In this document: one piece after another, positions 20,279 to 31,761 of the stretch
How positions within the stretch are numbered: the first letter of the stretch is position 1
Layout: every line of letters begins with the position of its first letter
DNA from: Candidatus Omnitrophota bacterium
Lineage (GTDB): Bacteria; Omnitrophota; Omnitrophia; Omnitrophales; Aquincolibacteriaceae
Assembly (NCBI GenBank): GCA_903884815.1
Contig: CAISGE010000023.1
Span: 252 to 64,251, forward strand
Direction of reading: 5' to 3'
Length of the DNA: 64,000 bases
Notes under the pieces: model-generated
What the model was told of the DNA's origin: nothing
The model's input: only the letters and a program-made list of their open reading frames with translations
The model's database searches: none
Translations under genes and position numbers: made by a program

Positions 20279-21096
20279 AACCGCTCAAGGCCCAGTACCA
20301 CACTCAGATAGAAATAGACGACAGGCACCGTAAAGAGAAGACTGTCCATCACATCCAGCATTCCTCCAAGCCCCGGAATATTCCCAGAATCTTTGACACC
20401 CGCGTCCCGCTTGATCAGACTTTCCGCGAGATCCCCCAAGAGCGCCAAAGCCCCGACCGCGGCCCCGAGGATCAGCAAATGGACCGGCGCAACATGGAGA
20501 TAAAAAACGGACCCGACCGACAGACCGATCGTCGCAACCATTTGGGCGATCGCGCCTTCAATGGATTTCTTGGGACTCACATGCTCGAGCAGTTTCGTCT
20601 TCCCGAATTTTTTACCGATGAAATAGGCGGCCATGTCCCCGCCCTTGACGGTCAGGATCGTATAAGCCACCCAAGCCGACCCCTCCGGTAAAAGCTTGAT
20701 CTTGATCAGATAGGAAAAAAACCATGCCACATAGATGATCCCGAACACGCTGACGGAGACGCTGGTGATGGTCTTGTCCGGCGAACGACGGTTAAACAGG
20801 AAAATAAAAAGCGCCACAATGACCATCAGAAGATTCGTGGGCTGCAGCGAAAAATACGCGGAAAAAGGAAGGAGCGCGCCGAAGAAAAGCCCGAAGCCCC
20901 GGTTGACCAGCAAACCCTTCTGCTCCGCGAGCGAGAAGAACTCGTTCAGCCCCATGAGGATGAACGCTTCCACCAATAAAAAGAAAAACCAATGCGGTAA
21001 ATAAAAGATCGAAGCCACGGAAACCGGGATCAAGATAGCCGAGATCAAGATCCGCTTCACAAGCTGGCTCATGTTTTTCCTCCCGTGACCGCGCAA
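20275..21096 (-). CDS. cdsA: Phosphatidate cytidylyltransferase
   Basis: 273 aa polytopic membrane protein with the CdsA C-terminal signature. Position in the uppS-cdsA-dxr-rseP cluster. Confidence 0.8.
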   Translation of the reverse strand: MRGHGRKNMSQLVKRILISAILIPVSVASIFYLPHWFFFLLVEAFILMGLNEFFSLAEQKGLLVNRGFGLFFGALLPFSAYFSLQPTNLLMVIVALFIFLFNRRSPDKTITSVSVSVFGIIYVAWFFSYLIKIKLLPEGSAWVAYTILTVKGGDMAAYFIGKKFGKTKLLEHVSPKKSIEGAIAQMVATIGLSVGSVFYLHVAPVHLLILGAAVGALALLGDLAESLIKRDAGVKDSGNIPGLGGMLDVMDSLLFTVPVVYFYLSVVLGLERL

Positions 21097-21797
21097 GTGT
21101 CGCCGAAGCGCCGTTCCCGCCCTTTGTAATCTTCCAGGGCCTTCTCGAATTCATCGCGGGTGAATTCCGGCCAGCATTTCTGAGTGATATAAAGCTCGGC
21201 GTAAGAGATCTGCCACAAAAGAAAGTTACTGATCCGAAACTCCCCGCTTGTGCGGATCAAAAGCTCCGGATCCGGCATCCCGGCCGTATACAGATTCGCG
21301 GAAAACGTTTCCTCGTTAATCCCGGAAGGCTCAATCTCCCCGCGGACCGCCTGCTCCGCGATCTTCTGGCATGCCCGCAGGATCTCCCGGCGACTCGAAT
21401 AGCTTAAAGCAAAGGTCACGACAAGTCCCGTGTTCTTCCTGGAGTTTTCCATGGCCTGGGTAAGTTTTTTTTGTAAAAACTCGGCGAGATCCCCGATTTC
21501 CCCGATCACATTAAAAACACAGTTGTTCTTGATCAAGGTTTCGATCTTTTTGTCGAGATAAGCGGACAAAAGGCCCATGAGAAACGCGACTTCGTCTTTG
21601 GGGCGGCGCCAATTCTCCTTGGAGAAGGCGTACAGGGTCAGATAGCGAATGCCTTTGTCTTGGGCGGCCTGAATGATCTCTTCGATGCGCTGAACGCCGA
21701 CCTCATGTCCTTGAACTCGGAGAAGCCCCTGTTTTTTCGCCCAGCGTCCGTTGCCATCCATGATGATCGCAACGTGCTGGGGGATCGGGTTTGGCAT
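21069..21797 (-). CDS. uppS: Undecaprenyl diphosphate synthase
   Basis: IIMDGNGRWA motif; 242 aa. Confidence 0.9.
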   Translation of the reverse strand: MPNPIPQHVAIIMDGNGRWAKKQGLLRVQGHEVGVQRIEEIIQAAQDKGIRYLTLYAFSKENWRRPKDEVAFLMGLLSAYLDKKIETLIKNNCVFNVIGEIGDLAEFLQKKLTQAMENSRKNTGLVVTFALSYSSRREILRACQKIAEQAVRGEIEPSGINEETFSANLYTAGMPDPELLIRTSGEFRISNFLLWQISYAELYITQKCWPEFTRDEFEKALEDYKGRERRFGDTCAVTGGKT

Positions 21798-21960
21798 GTC
21801 CTGGCCTCAATAGTCTTTTAAAAAAAGGCTTCCAGGACTAGTCCCATCAACCTTTAAATTTTCCGATGATGGAGGATGGGGCATGTCCTGGCCTCAATAG
21901 TTTTTTGAAAAAAGGGTGCCGGAACTAGTCCCATCGACCTTTAAATCTTCTGATAATGGA
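21781..21960. repeat. Tandem ~87 bp direct repeat (2.1 copies, ~88% identity) duplicating the uppS RBS/start region
   Basis: Units 21781-21866 and 21867-21954, plus a partial third copy. The first unit contains the GTCCTGGC…GCCAGGAC hairpin and the uppS GAGG RBS and ATG. Confidence 0.6.
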
Positions 21961-21980
21961 GGATTGGGCATGAAGGGATC

Positions 21981-24856
<2,876 letters not shown>

Positions 24857-24942
24857 TTTTCAGTCTCCCTTAAATGAATAATGGCTTTGGCAAAAAAACG
24901 GGAACAGACATCATTGTTTGAATGATGCCTGCCCCCTTACAA

Positions 24943-26064
24943 CTATTTACAGGAACAGCAGCACGAGGAACCGGAGGAGGACTTCATCTCTTTGAGTGTC
25001 TCGCCCAACACTTTGAGGCCCTTTTCGATATCCTGTTTCGTGATCGCGCCCATGTGGCAAATGCGGACGACCTTGCCCTTCATCTGATCGCCTTGACCAC
25101 CGGCCATGGCGATCCCTTTTTCGTCACGCATGACCTCACAAAGCTTCTCTCCATCGATCCCTTCGGGCAACCACGCTGCGGTCACCGTCGAAGAAGCGGC
25201 TTTGGAGAAAAGCTTCAGGCCCATTTTCTGGAGGGATTCCCGCGTAAAAGTCGCGTTCGCGGCGCAACGTTTGAAAACATTCTCGATCCCTTCCTGTTCT
25301 ATGAGATCAAGCGACTTTTGCAACCCGATCACAAGCGTGAGCGCCGGAGTCCAGGGCGTGTCGCTGTCCTTCAGGGATTTCTCATAATACTTGAGATCAT
25401 AGTAGAACTTCGGCAATTTGGCCGCCGCCATACGGCTTCTGGCCTTTTCGCTCACGCTCAGGAACGCAAGTCCCGGAGGAAGCATCAGGGCTTTCTGCGA
25501 ACCGCTGACCACAAGGTCCACGTGCCAGTTGTCGGTCTCAAGACGATCGGCACCGAGTCCCGAAATAGCGTCCACGATCAAAAGGGCGTTCGTCTTGGCA
25601 ACGATCTCCCCGATCGCTTTGATATCACTCAGCACCGCTGTCGATGTTTCGCAAAGCTGGACGCAAACGGCCTTAATGTCCGGGTCTTTCTGCAACGCTT
25701 CCTCGATCAACTTCGGCTGGGGCGCTTCCCCGTACGGAACCTTCAGACTGATCGCGTTCAATCCGAACGCCTTGGCGATCAACGTAAAACGCTCGGCGAA
25801 CTTCCCGTTCTCCACCACAAGGACTTTGTCTCCCGCGGAGTGAAAATTGACCAGGGCCGCTTCCATCGCCAGGCTCCCCGAGCCGGCAAATGTGTAAACG
25901 GGATTCTTGGTCAGAAACACCTTTTTCAAACGCTCGGAGGCATCCCCGAAGATCTTGCGATACTTCGGCGTGCGATGGTGGAAAATAGGCTCCGCCATGA
26001 CCTTACGGGTAACTTCAGGAACAGGGGTGGGACCGGGCGTTAAGAGAATCGTGGGCTGGCTCAT
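24943..26064 (-). CDS. Class V aminotransferase (serine-pyruvate/phosphoserine aminotransferase-like)
   Basis: PLP-lysine motif [12 protein letters not shown]. Adjacent to serA, suggesting a role in serine biosynthesis. Unusual Cys-rich C-terminal tail [12 protein letters not shown]. Confidence 0.75.
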   Translation of the reverse strand: MSQPTILLTPGPTPVPEVTRKVMAEPIFHHRTPKYRKIFGDASERLKKVFLTKNPVYTFAGSGSLAMEAALVNFHSAGDKVLVVENGKFAERFTLIAKAFGLNAISLKVPYGEAPQPKLIEEALQKDPDIKAVCVQLCETSTAVLSDIKAIGEIVAKTNALLIVDAISGLGADRLETDNWHVDLVVSGSQKALMLPPGLAFLSVSEKARSRMAAAKLPKFYYDLKYYEKSLKDSDTPWTPALTLVIGLQKSLDLIEQEGIENVFKRCAANATFTRESLQKMGLKLFSKAASSTVTAAWLPEGIDGEKLCEVMRDEKGIAMAGGQGDQMKGKVVRICHMGAITKQDIEKGLKVLGETLKEMKSSSGSSCCCSCK

Positions 26065-26663
26065 GTTTTTGGAACCTCCATGCGGTTTGTGACGACATGA
26101 TCGACGATACCATAATTTTTGGCTTCTTCGGCGGACATAAAATAATCGCGATCCGTATCTTTCTCAATCTGTTCGATCGACTTTCCAGTATGATGCGCAA
26201 GGATCCCGTTCAACTGATCTCTGAGTTTCAGGATCTCTTTGGCCTGAATATGGATGTCCGCGGCGGTCCCCTGCGTGCCGCCCCACGGCTGATGGATCAT
26301 GACGCGAGCATTCGGCAGGGCGTAACGCTTCCCTTTGGTGCCGGCCGCGAGAAGAAGCGATCCCATGCTGGCCGCTTGGCCGAGGCAATAGGTCGCGACG
26401 TCGCATTTCACGAAACGCATGGTGTCATAGATGGCAAGACCCGCAGTCACGGAGCCGCCGGGAGAATTCACGTAGACATTGATATCCTTGCCCGGTTCTT
26501 CCATATTAAGGAAAAGGATCTGGGCAATGATCAGATTCGCGATCACATCATCGATCGGCGTTCCGATAAAAACAATGCGCTCTTTTAGTAGCCGGGAGTA
26601 AATATCGTAGGAGCGCTCCCCTTTGCTTGTCTGCTCGACGACCATCGGGACCAAGTAGCTCAT
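26061..26663 (-). CDS. clpP: ATP-dependent Clp protease proteolytic subunit
   Basis: Ser-His-Asp triad context (GQAASMGS…HQP); 200 aa. Confidence 0.92.
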   Translation of the reverse strand: MSYLVPMVVEQTSKGERSYDIYSRLLKERIVFIGTPIDDVIANLIIAQILFLNMEEPGKDINVYVNSPGGSVTAGLAIYDTMRFVKCDVATYCLGQAASMGSLLLAAGTKGKRYALPNARVMIHQPWGGTQGTAADIHIQAKEILKLRDQLNGILAHHTGKSIEQIEKDTDRDYFMSAEEAKNYGIVDHVVTNRMEVPKT

Positions 26664-26715
26664 AGAACCCCCCTCAGACTAGAGACCCAGACAAGCAACC
26701 ACCGCCTGGGATCAG

Positions 26716-28071
26716 TTATTTAGTTTTGGCGTTCAGCTTTAAAAAATCAATGACCTTTTCGTTCCGGATCTGGTCCAGCAAGGTCTCGCGGGCTTCTTTT
26801 TTTCCTTCGTAATATTTCTCGATCGTTTCCTTCGGCTGGCGGTACTGCTGGCTCAAAAGCTCGTATTTCTTGACGAGGTCCGTCTCGTCCGCCTTGATCG
26901 CCTGCGTGTCCGCGATCTCGTCCAGAAGAAAAGCGATGTGGATCTGGCGACGCGCCTCAGCGTCGAATTCCTTGACCATCTTTTCCTTTTCCTTGTCAAA
27001 AAGTTCGTCGGTCCCGCCCTGCTGAACAAAACGTTGGCGCGCCTGATCGGTAAGATACTCTGCCCGGCGCTGCAAAAGGCCTGCCGGCAAATCGATCTTG
27101 TTATGCTTGACCAGTTCATTGAGAAGCTCGCGCTCGAATGCAGCCTCTTTTTCCTCGAAAGCGCGCTTCTCGAGATCCGCGGTCAATTTCTGTTTCAGAT
27201 CGTTCAGATCCTTATAGTCCCCCGCCAACTTGGCCAATTCATCATCCAGCGACGGAAGCGTCTTTTCCTTGATCTCCTTGACCTTCATTTTGAAAACCGC
27301 CGTCTTCCCGGCCGCCCGCTTGTCCGCCATATCCTGAGGAAAGGAGATCTGGACATCCTTCTCATCGCCGACATTCACGCCCACGAGTTGTGTTGAAAAA
27401 CCCTTCAAATATTCTTCTTCTTTGAGCTCGATCCAGTCGTCATTGCGCTTTTCCACTTCTTTGCCGTCGACCGAGCAAACGTAGTCCGTGATCACAAAAT
27501 CCCCCATCTTCGCCGCACGTCCTTCAATCGCCTTGTATTGAGCGTGCATCTCCTGGGTTTGTTTGAGGGACTTCTCAATTTCCTCGGGCTTGATGACGAC
27601 CTTTTCCTTCTTGGCACTCAGGCCGGTCACGCGAGAAAGCTTGATCTTCGGACGAACCTCGACATGAGCTTTATAAGAGAGCTTGTCTTTAGTGAACTGA
27701 ATATCCTTGATCTCAGGCGTGGTGAGCGGGCTCAGGTCCTTTTCGCGAAGCGCCCTGGGCAGAGACTCGGAAAGGAGCGTCTCAAGCACCGAATCGTTGG
27801 CGTTCTTCTCATAATGCATCACCAGCACATCCCGAGGCACTTTGCCGGGGCGGAAACCCGGCACCTTGGCACGGGGAGCGATCGCCTTGTAAAAAGATTC
27901 AAACTCTTCACTAATACGCTCCGGCGCGACCTCAATCGTTAGGATCTTTTCACAAGACTTGCCGTCCTGCAATTTGATCTTAAGTGTAGAAGCCTGCGCT
28001 TCAACGGCGTCGGAATGGGAGTGATCTTCCTCGAGGCATTCATTTTCCTTTTTGAGTGACACAGAAACCAC
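26716..28071 (-). CDS. tig: Trigger factor
   Basis: Ribosome-binding N-domain, FKBP-like PPIase domain and C-terminal arm domain. Sits upstream of clpP in the conserved order. Confidence 0.9.
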   Translation of the reverse strand: MVSVSLKKENECLEEDHSHSDAVEAQASTLKIKLQDGKSCEKILTIEVAPERISEEFESFYKAIAPRAKVPGFRPGKVPRDVLVMHYEKNANDSVLETLLSESLPRALREKDLSPLTTPEIKDIQFTKDKLSYKAHVEVRPKIKLSRVTGLSAKKEKVVIKPEEIEKSLKQTQEMHAQYKAIEGRAAKMGDFVITDYVCSVDGKEVEKRNDDWIELKEEEYLKGFSTQLVGVNVGDEKDVQISFPQDMADKRAAGKTAVFKMKVKEIKEKTLPSLDDELAKLAGDYKDLNDLKQKLTADLEKRAFEEKEAAFERELLNELVKHNKIDLPAGLLQRRAEYLTDQARQRFVQQGGTDELFDKEKEKMVKEFDAEARRQIHIAFLLDEIADTQAIKADETDLVKKYELLSQQYRQPKETIEKYYEGKKEARETLLDQIRNEKVIDFLKLNAKTK

Positions 28072-28099
28072 CTTATCTATTGAACTTATCTATTTAAAT

Positions 28100-28173
28100 T
28101 GGAGCGAGTGGAGGGAATCGAACCCTCGTAGCTGCCTTGGCAAGGCAGAGCATTACCACTATGCTACACTCGC
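28100..28173 (-). tRNA. tRNA-Gly (anticodon GCC)
   Basis: Manually folded cloverleaf: acceptor GCGAGTG/CACTCGC, anticodon loop TTGCCAA, T-loop GGTTCGATTCC, discriminator U, CCA encoded. Confidence 0.8.
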
Positions 28174-28223
28174 TTGTCAGATGAGACCTGCGATTCTCGG
28201 GAGGCCGTATTCTAGTCCCAATA

Positions 28224-28280
28224 CTTATCAATTTCAACTTTGTTGAAATTGGGGCTATCCTTGTCACCATTTGAAAAACA
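28224..28280. repeat. Conserved ~60-nt motif CCCAAT(A/C)CTTATCAATTTC-hairpin-CTTGTCACC (copy 1)
   Basis: Second copy at 33421-33486 with the same flanks and a hairpin at the same position whose stem differs (CAATTTCAA/TTGAAATTG versus ATTTC/GAAAT). Confidence 0.4.
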
Positions 28281-28344
28281 ACAATGAACAGGGATAGAAG
28301 TGCGTCCTACCTTTGTCAAATAAACTGCCGACATCGATTCGAAA

Positions 28345-28517
28345 TGCGGCCGGAGGGACTTGGCGCCTCCGCTTCGCTACGGTCGGCCACCCGTCCCGCA
28401 CTTATGACATAAGTCATAAGTGCCAGCGGGACTCCCTTCAAGTCCCTCTTCCTTTGCATCGCCGTAGGCAGTGGTCCTTCTACTGCCACGGCGTCGTACT
28501 TGTTCATGGAGAACAAG
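28345..28517. repeat. Duplicate of the tRNA-Leu 3' end plus a ~150 bp hairpin-containing repeat element (copy 1)
   Basis: TGCGGCCGGAGGGACTTG (28345-28362) is an exact 18-bp repeat of the 3' end of the adjacent intact tRNA-Leu (28518-28535). Body contains a 10-bp perfect inverted repeat CACTTATGAC-ATAA-GTCATAAGTG and the shared motif GGCGCCTCCGCTTCGCT(A/C)CGGTCGGCCACCCG. Confidence 0.5.
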
Positions 28518-28599
28518 TGCGGCCGGAGGGACTTGAACCCCCATCCCTTACGGGACAAGATCCTAAGTCTTGCGCGTCTGCCAGTTTCGCCACGGCCGC
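28518..28599 (-). tRNA. tRNA-Leu (anticodon TAG)
   Basis: Acceptor GCGGCCG/CGGCCGC, anticodon loop CTTAGGA, long variable arm, T-loop GGTTCAAGTCC, discriminator A; CCA not encoded. Confidence 0.8.
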
Positions 28600-28621
28600 A
28601 AAAACTTAGCAAAGAAAAAAG

Positions 28622-28790
28622 TGCGCACTGAAGAAGTCGGCGCCTCCGCTTCGCTCCGGTCGGCCACCCGCGCCATAAACATGACCCCCGTCATGTTTAT
28701 AATCAGCGCTCCCTTCGAATCCTTCAGCACGAAGTGCAGTGGTCGCAGAGGGCTTTCTCTAAGCCCTCACGGCACCGCCTGATCTTCATT
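28622..28790. repeat. Repeat element copy 2, beginning with a tRNA-Lys-3'-end-like fragment
   Basis: Left end AAAAAAGTGCGCACTGAAGAAGTCG resembles the tRNA-Lys 3' end (AAAAAGTGCGCCCTGAAGGAGTCG). Shares the GGCGCCTCCGCTTCGCTCCGGTCGGCCACCCG block, an 11-bp inverted repeat ATAAACATGAC-CCCCG-TCATGTTTAT, and CCCTTC…GCAGTGGTC blocks with copy 1. Confidence 0.45.
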
Positions 28791-28814
28791 AATTTTCCAA
28801 TAGAGATCAGTTCT

Positions 28815-28853
28815 GTCCTGGCTTCTCATAAAAACTATATTGAAAGCCAGGAC
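28815..28853. repeat. GTCCTGGCTTC…GAAAGCCAGGAC hairpin motif (copy near tRNA-Lys)
   Basis: A 9-10 bp stem recurs at 21786-21826, 28815-28853 and 31633-31667 with loops of different sequence. Confidence 0.5.
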
Positions 28854-28875
28854 GTACTTATTCAGCAAGAAAAAG

Positions 28876-28948
28876 TGCGCCCTGAAGGAGTCGAACCTTC
28901 GACCCAGTGATTAAGAGTCACTTGCTCTACCAACTGAGCTAAGGGCGC
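28876..28948 (-). tRNA. tRNA-Lys (anticodon CTT)
   Basis: GCGCCCTTAGCTCAGTTGGTAGAGC…; anticodon loop CTCTTAA, T-loop GGTTCGACTCC, discriminator A. Confidence 0.8.
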
Positions 28949-29143
28949 AAAACTTATAAAGACACCAAAAAATATTCCCGACAGCTCATTCCGCACCGTG
29001 GGTTTGAGCGCCAAAGAGCGGGTATTGTACTCAAGAAGCCCCGATTTTACAAGAAAGGGATTTGTGGTTTTTTTTAACACCTCCAACCGATTCGTTGGTT
29101 GCTTTTTGACTTCAAAACCTCATAATACGCGGGAGGAAATCAT

Positions 29144-29995
29144 ATGCCTAAAAGGACTCTCCCCGCTCTATTCGTTGCAGTCGTTCTCTTGATACTCCTG
29201 GGACTTGCCCTTTGGGTCATCCCCTGCCTCCCAGAGATCGAACGTAAACTCTTGGAACAGGCGGCCAATCGTTCTTCTCAGGAATATTTCGCAGGATCGA
29301 TCTGTATAGGGAAAGTCGCCCTGGACCGGCACGGGAAGATCCGGATCGAAGGGCTCTCAGGCAGCCTCCAAACCCGGCAAGGCCCCGTCCCCCTGGAGAT
29401 AAGGTCTCTGGCCTCCCAGGAAACGCTCCTTTTCTTGATCACCGGGAAACCCGTCCATTTCACCGCTGTGGGCATTCATCCCCGAGGATCTTCACGCCCG
29501 GGAATTTCAGGGACCTTCTGGGTCCAAACACGCCCTGTTCTCCACGTGGAGCTTGCCGCGGACTTTGGAAAGACCGACCTGCAGGATCTGCAGTGGCTGG
29601 ACCCGCAAAACCTCGGCGGCGCGACAGGCGCAATGAAGGGCAATCTCACATTCCGCCAGACTGCAGGTCAAGAACCCGCGTTCAGTATGAACCTTGAAGC
29701 CCCTCAACCCGGCGGCAATATCCAGGCCAAGTTCTTCGATCTCTTCCTCCCCTACCTCCCGTTCTCGATCCAAAAGGAAAGAGTCCAAAAAGTTGTTAAG
29801 AGTCAAAAACTGATTCGTTATGACCAGGCCGCGCTTACTGTCGAGATGGCGCAAAGCGACCTCATAAAAATCCACCTCCAAATCTTCATTCCGGATTATA
29901 ATTTGAAATTGATGCTCAATGCCAATGTACGAACAGACGCAAAAAATGCTTTTTCACAGATCGCCCGGATCATGGGGCTCATCGAGGTAAAATAA
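29144..29995 (+). CDS. YdbH-like (AsmA-family related) membrane-anchored protein, short form
   Basis: N-terminal TM anchor and GGGAGG RBS 8 nt upstream. Assignment rests on position directly upstream of ynbE/ydbL homologs. Confidence 0.45.
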   Translation: MPKRTLPALFVAVVLLILLGLALWVIPCLPEIERKLLEQAANRSSQEYFAGSICIGKVALDRHGKIRIEGLSGSLQTRQGPVPLEIRSLASQETLLFLITGKPVHFTAVGIHPRGSSRPGISGTFWVQTRPVLHVELAADFGKTDLQDLQWLDPQNLGGATGAMKGNLTFRQTAGQEPAFSMNLEAPQPGGNIQAKFFDLFLPYLPFSIQKERVQKVVKSQKLIRYDQAALTVEMAQSDLIKIHLQIFIPDYNLKLMLNANVRTDAKNAFSQIARIMGLIEVK

Positions 29996-29996
29996 T

Positions 29997-30185
29997 ATGA
30001 AAGCCATGCCTAAAATCGTCGTTTTATTTCTTGCCCTGATCGCGCTCGCCGGATGTACGGTCAAAGCCGTCGGAGATCCCAATCGGCCGATCACGATCAA
30101 CGCCAACGTCGTCGTGGATATCCGGGGCCTTAAGCAGACCGCCAACAACATTGAAGACATGGTCGCCCAGGGAGGCGCCAAATGA
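29997..30185 (+). CDS. ynbE: YnbE-like small lipoprotein
   Basis: 62 aa with lipobox LAGC and a PITINANVVVD core resembling E. coli YnbE PITINMNVKIE. Confidence 0.65.
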   Translation: MKAMPKIVVLFLALIALAGCTVKAVGDPNRPITINANVVVDIRGLKQTANNIEDMVAQGGAK

Positions 30186-30223
30186 GACATTCTTCCATTC
30201 CAAATCTAAGGGAGGCTTTTACC

Positions 30224-30634
30224 ATGAAAAAGATCTACACCACGTTGTTTGTCCTGTGTCTGGTTCTGGGAAGCGCCCTACCGGTCTGCAAAGCGGCGGA
30301 TTATGACTTCAAGGAACTCACGCCCGAGATCAAAAAGGCATTAAGCAATCGGCAGACCCGCTACGCCCAGATCCAGGCTCTCAAACGCGAAGGCGTGATC
30401 GGAGAAAACAACAAGGGATATGTCTCCGACTTGAAGAAAGACACCACTTCTACCACGTTGACGGCCGCAGAGAACCGGGACCGCAGGATCATCTATGAAA
30501 ATCTCGCCATCCAAAACAAGCTCGGGAGCACGGGGTTGCTGGAAGTTCAAAGGGCCTTCGCGGAGGTCCAGCGCGACAAGGCCGGTGCCGGGGATATGGT
30601 CCAAACTCCTTCAGGGGATTGGGAAAAGAAATAG
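30224..30634 (+). CDS. ydbL: YdbL-like periplasmic protein (DUF1318)
   Basis: Signal peptide and GVIGENNKGYV motif characteristic of the YdbL family. Strong RBS AAGGGAGG 8 nt upstream of the ATG at 30224; the ORF track start at 30182 is rejected. Confidence 0.65.
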   Translation: MKKIYTTLFVLCLVLGSALPVCKAADYDFKELTPEIKKALSNRQTRYAQIQALKREGVIGENNKGYVSDLKKDTTSTTLTAAENRDRRIIYENLAIQNKLGSTGLLEVQRAFAEVQRDKAGAGDMVQTPSGDWEKK

Positions 30635-30643
30635 CCGAAGAAC

Positions 30644-31489
30644 CTAAGGAGCGGTCTTGTAGATCTCGCGTACGCCCCGGGTCGTTTCCTGATATTCCAT
30701 GGCATCCGTGATCAAGGACTTCCCCCCGAGCGGTAATTTCTCAAAGGCTTTTTTGAGGGCCCGAATACGCGCCTCAGTGATGGGACGGGACTGGTAGTAA
30801 TCATAAAAGTAAGGCGTCATCTTCTCCCCCGACTTCAAAAAACGCTCCTGAACATCCATCAAAGCCTCCGGGTCATACCCGGCATTCATGAGATACTTCA
30901 GGGCTAAGGCATCTCCAGCCAGGAGTCGCTCTTCAGGAGTTTTGAAAGTGCTCTCATCATAAGCCTGGAGCAAAACAAGCCCCAAACTCGCCAAGGATCC
31001 CAGAGGCCCGAACATCGGGCCGATCGCTGATCCAGCCTGAGCCGCGGCGTTGACTATGTCATCCCGTTTGGTGAAACGGCGATCCACGGTCTGCAGTTCT
31101 CCGATCTCATGCGCCAGCACCGCGGCGAGTTCCGCTTCGTTCACCAGAAAATTCAGCATCCCGGTGGTAACATAAATGTAGCCGCCCGGCGCGGAGGTCG
31201 CATAGATCTTCTCGCTATAAAGGATCGTAAAACGGTAGTCGAGGTCATGGCGCTTGGCCTGGGCCGCCAAGGAATGTCCCAAGTCTTCGACATATTTGAC
31301 CACTTTGGGATCGGTGTAGGTGTGAAAGGATTTAAGAATCTCGCTGTGAATGGCCTCCCCCGTTTTTTGTTCTTCCGTGAGGTGCGAAACCTTGGGCGAG
31401 ACCGAGGAGCGGTCATATTCAGCAGTTGTCGCGCAGCCGCTCAAAAGAATCAGATAACAACTCGCGAGGGCCATCGTTCTTCGAATCAT
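30644..31489 (-). CDS. M48/BepA-like lipoprotein with degenerate zinc motif (HEIGE instead of HExxH)
   Basis: ELAAVLAHEIGELQ aligns with the BepA/YfgC motif ELAAVMAHEISHV, but the second His is Glu. Lipobox LLSGC. Start trimmed to 31489 because the longer ORF start would overlap tRNA-Arg. Confidence 0.55.
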   Translation of the reverse strand: MIRRTMALASCYLILLSGCATTAEYDRSSVSPKVSHLTEEQKTGEAIHSEILKSFHTYTDPKVVKYVEDLGHSLAAQAKRHDLDYRFTILYSEKIYATSAPGGYIYVTTGMLNFLVNEAELAAVLAHEIGELQTVDRRFTKRDDIVNAAAQAGSAIGPMFGPLGSLASLGLVLLQAYDESTFKTPEERLLAGDALALKYLMNAGYDPEALMDVQERFLKSGEKMTPYFYDYYQSRPITEARIRALKKAFEKLPLGGKSLITDAMEYQETTRGVREIYKTAP

Positions 31490-31513
31490 AAAAACCCTAT
31501 CCATTAAAAGAAG

Positions 31514-31587
31514 TGCGCCCAGCAGGGGTCGAACCTGCAACCCTCAGCTCCGAAGGCTGATGCTCTATCCAGTTGAGCTATGGGCGC
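31514..31587 (-). tRNA. tRNA-Arg (anticodon TCG)
   Basis: GCGCCCATAGCTCAACTGGATAGAGC…; anticodon loop CTTCGGA, T-loop GGTTCGACCCC, discriminator A. Confidence 0.8.
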
Positions 31588-31632
31588 AAACCACCTTGAT
31601 TTTTCTTTTAATAAAAGCTTGTTTGCGCCAAT

Positions 31633-31667
31633 CCTGGCTTCTTTCAATTTCAAAATAAAGCCAGGAC
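31633..31667. repeat. TCCTGGCTTC…AAAGCCAGGA hairpin motif (copy near tRNA-Arg)
   Basis: Same stem as the copies at 21786 and 28815. Confidence 0.45.
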
Positions 31668-31761
31668 GGGCGCCTGAGACCTGTTGATGCTCTACACTTT
31701 CCGCCAAAACTTATTATTTCTTTTCCAAAATGGAAGTTTGGACGGCCCCAATCTCCGCTTC

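Noticed and set aside
21781-21960. Considered whether the 87-bp tandem repeat is a tiny CRISPR array.
   Set aside because: Only about 2 copies, directly adjacent with no unique spacers, and the units are 88% rather than about 100% identical. It is a tandem duplication of the uppS leader.
28316-28612. ORFs overlapping tRNA genes and repeat elements: 28313-28609 (+), 28316-28612 (-), 28862-29086 (-), 31504-31707 (-), 32727-32957 (+), 32785-33150 (+).
   Set aside because: They run through manually folded tRNA-Leu, Lys, Arg and Phe genes or tRNA-derived repeats. No coding signal is present.
30182-30223. N-terminal extension MRHSSIPNLREAFT of the ydbL ORF, and similar 5' extensions at 31490-31540 (M48-like), 33442-33525 (SplB-like) and 33364-33426 (rlmH).
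   Set aside because: A strong RBS (AAGGGAGG) precedes the internal ATG at 30224. The 31540 start would overlap tRNA-Arg. The 33442 start would read through the conserved 60-nt upstream motif. The longest-ORF starts are therefore not used.
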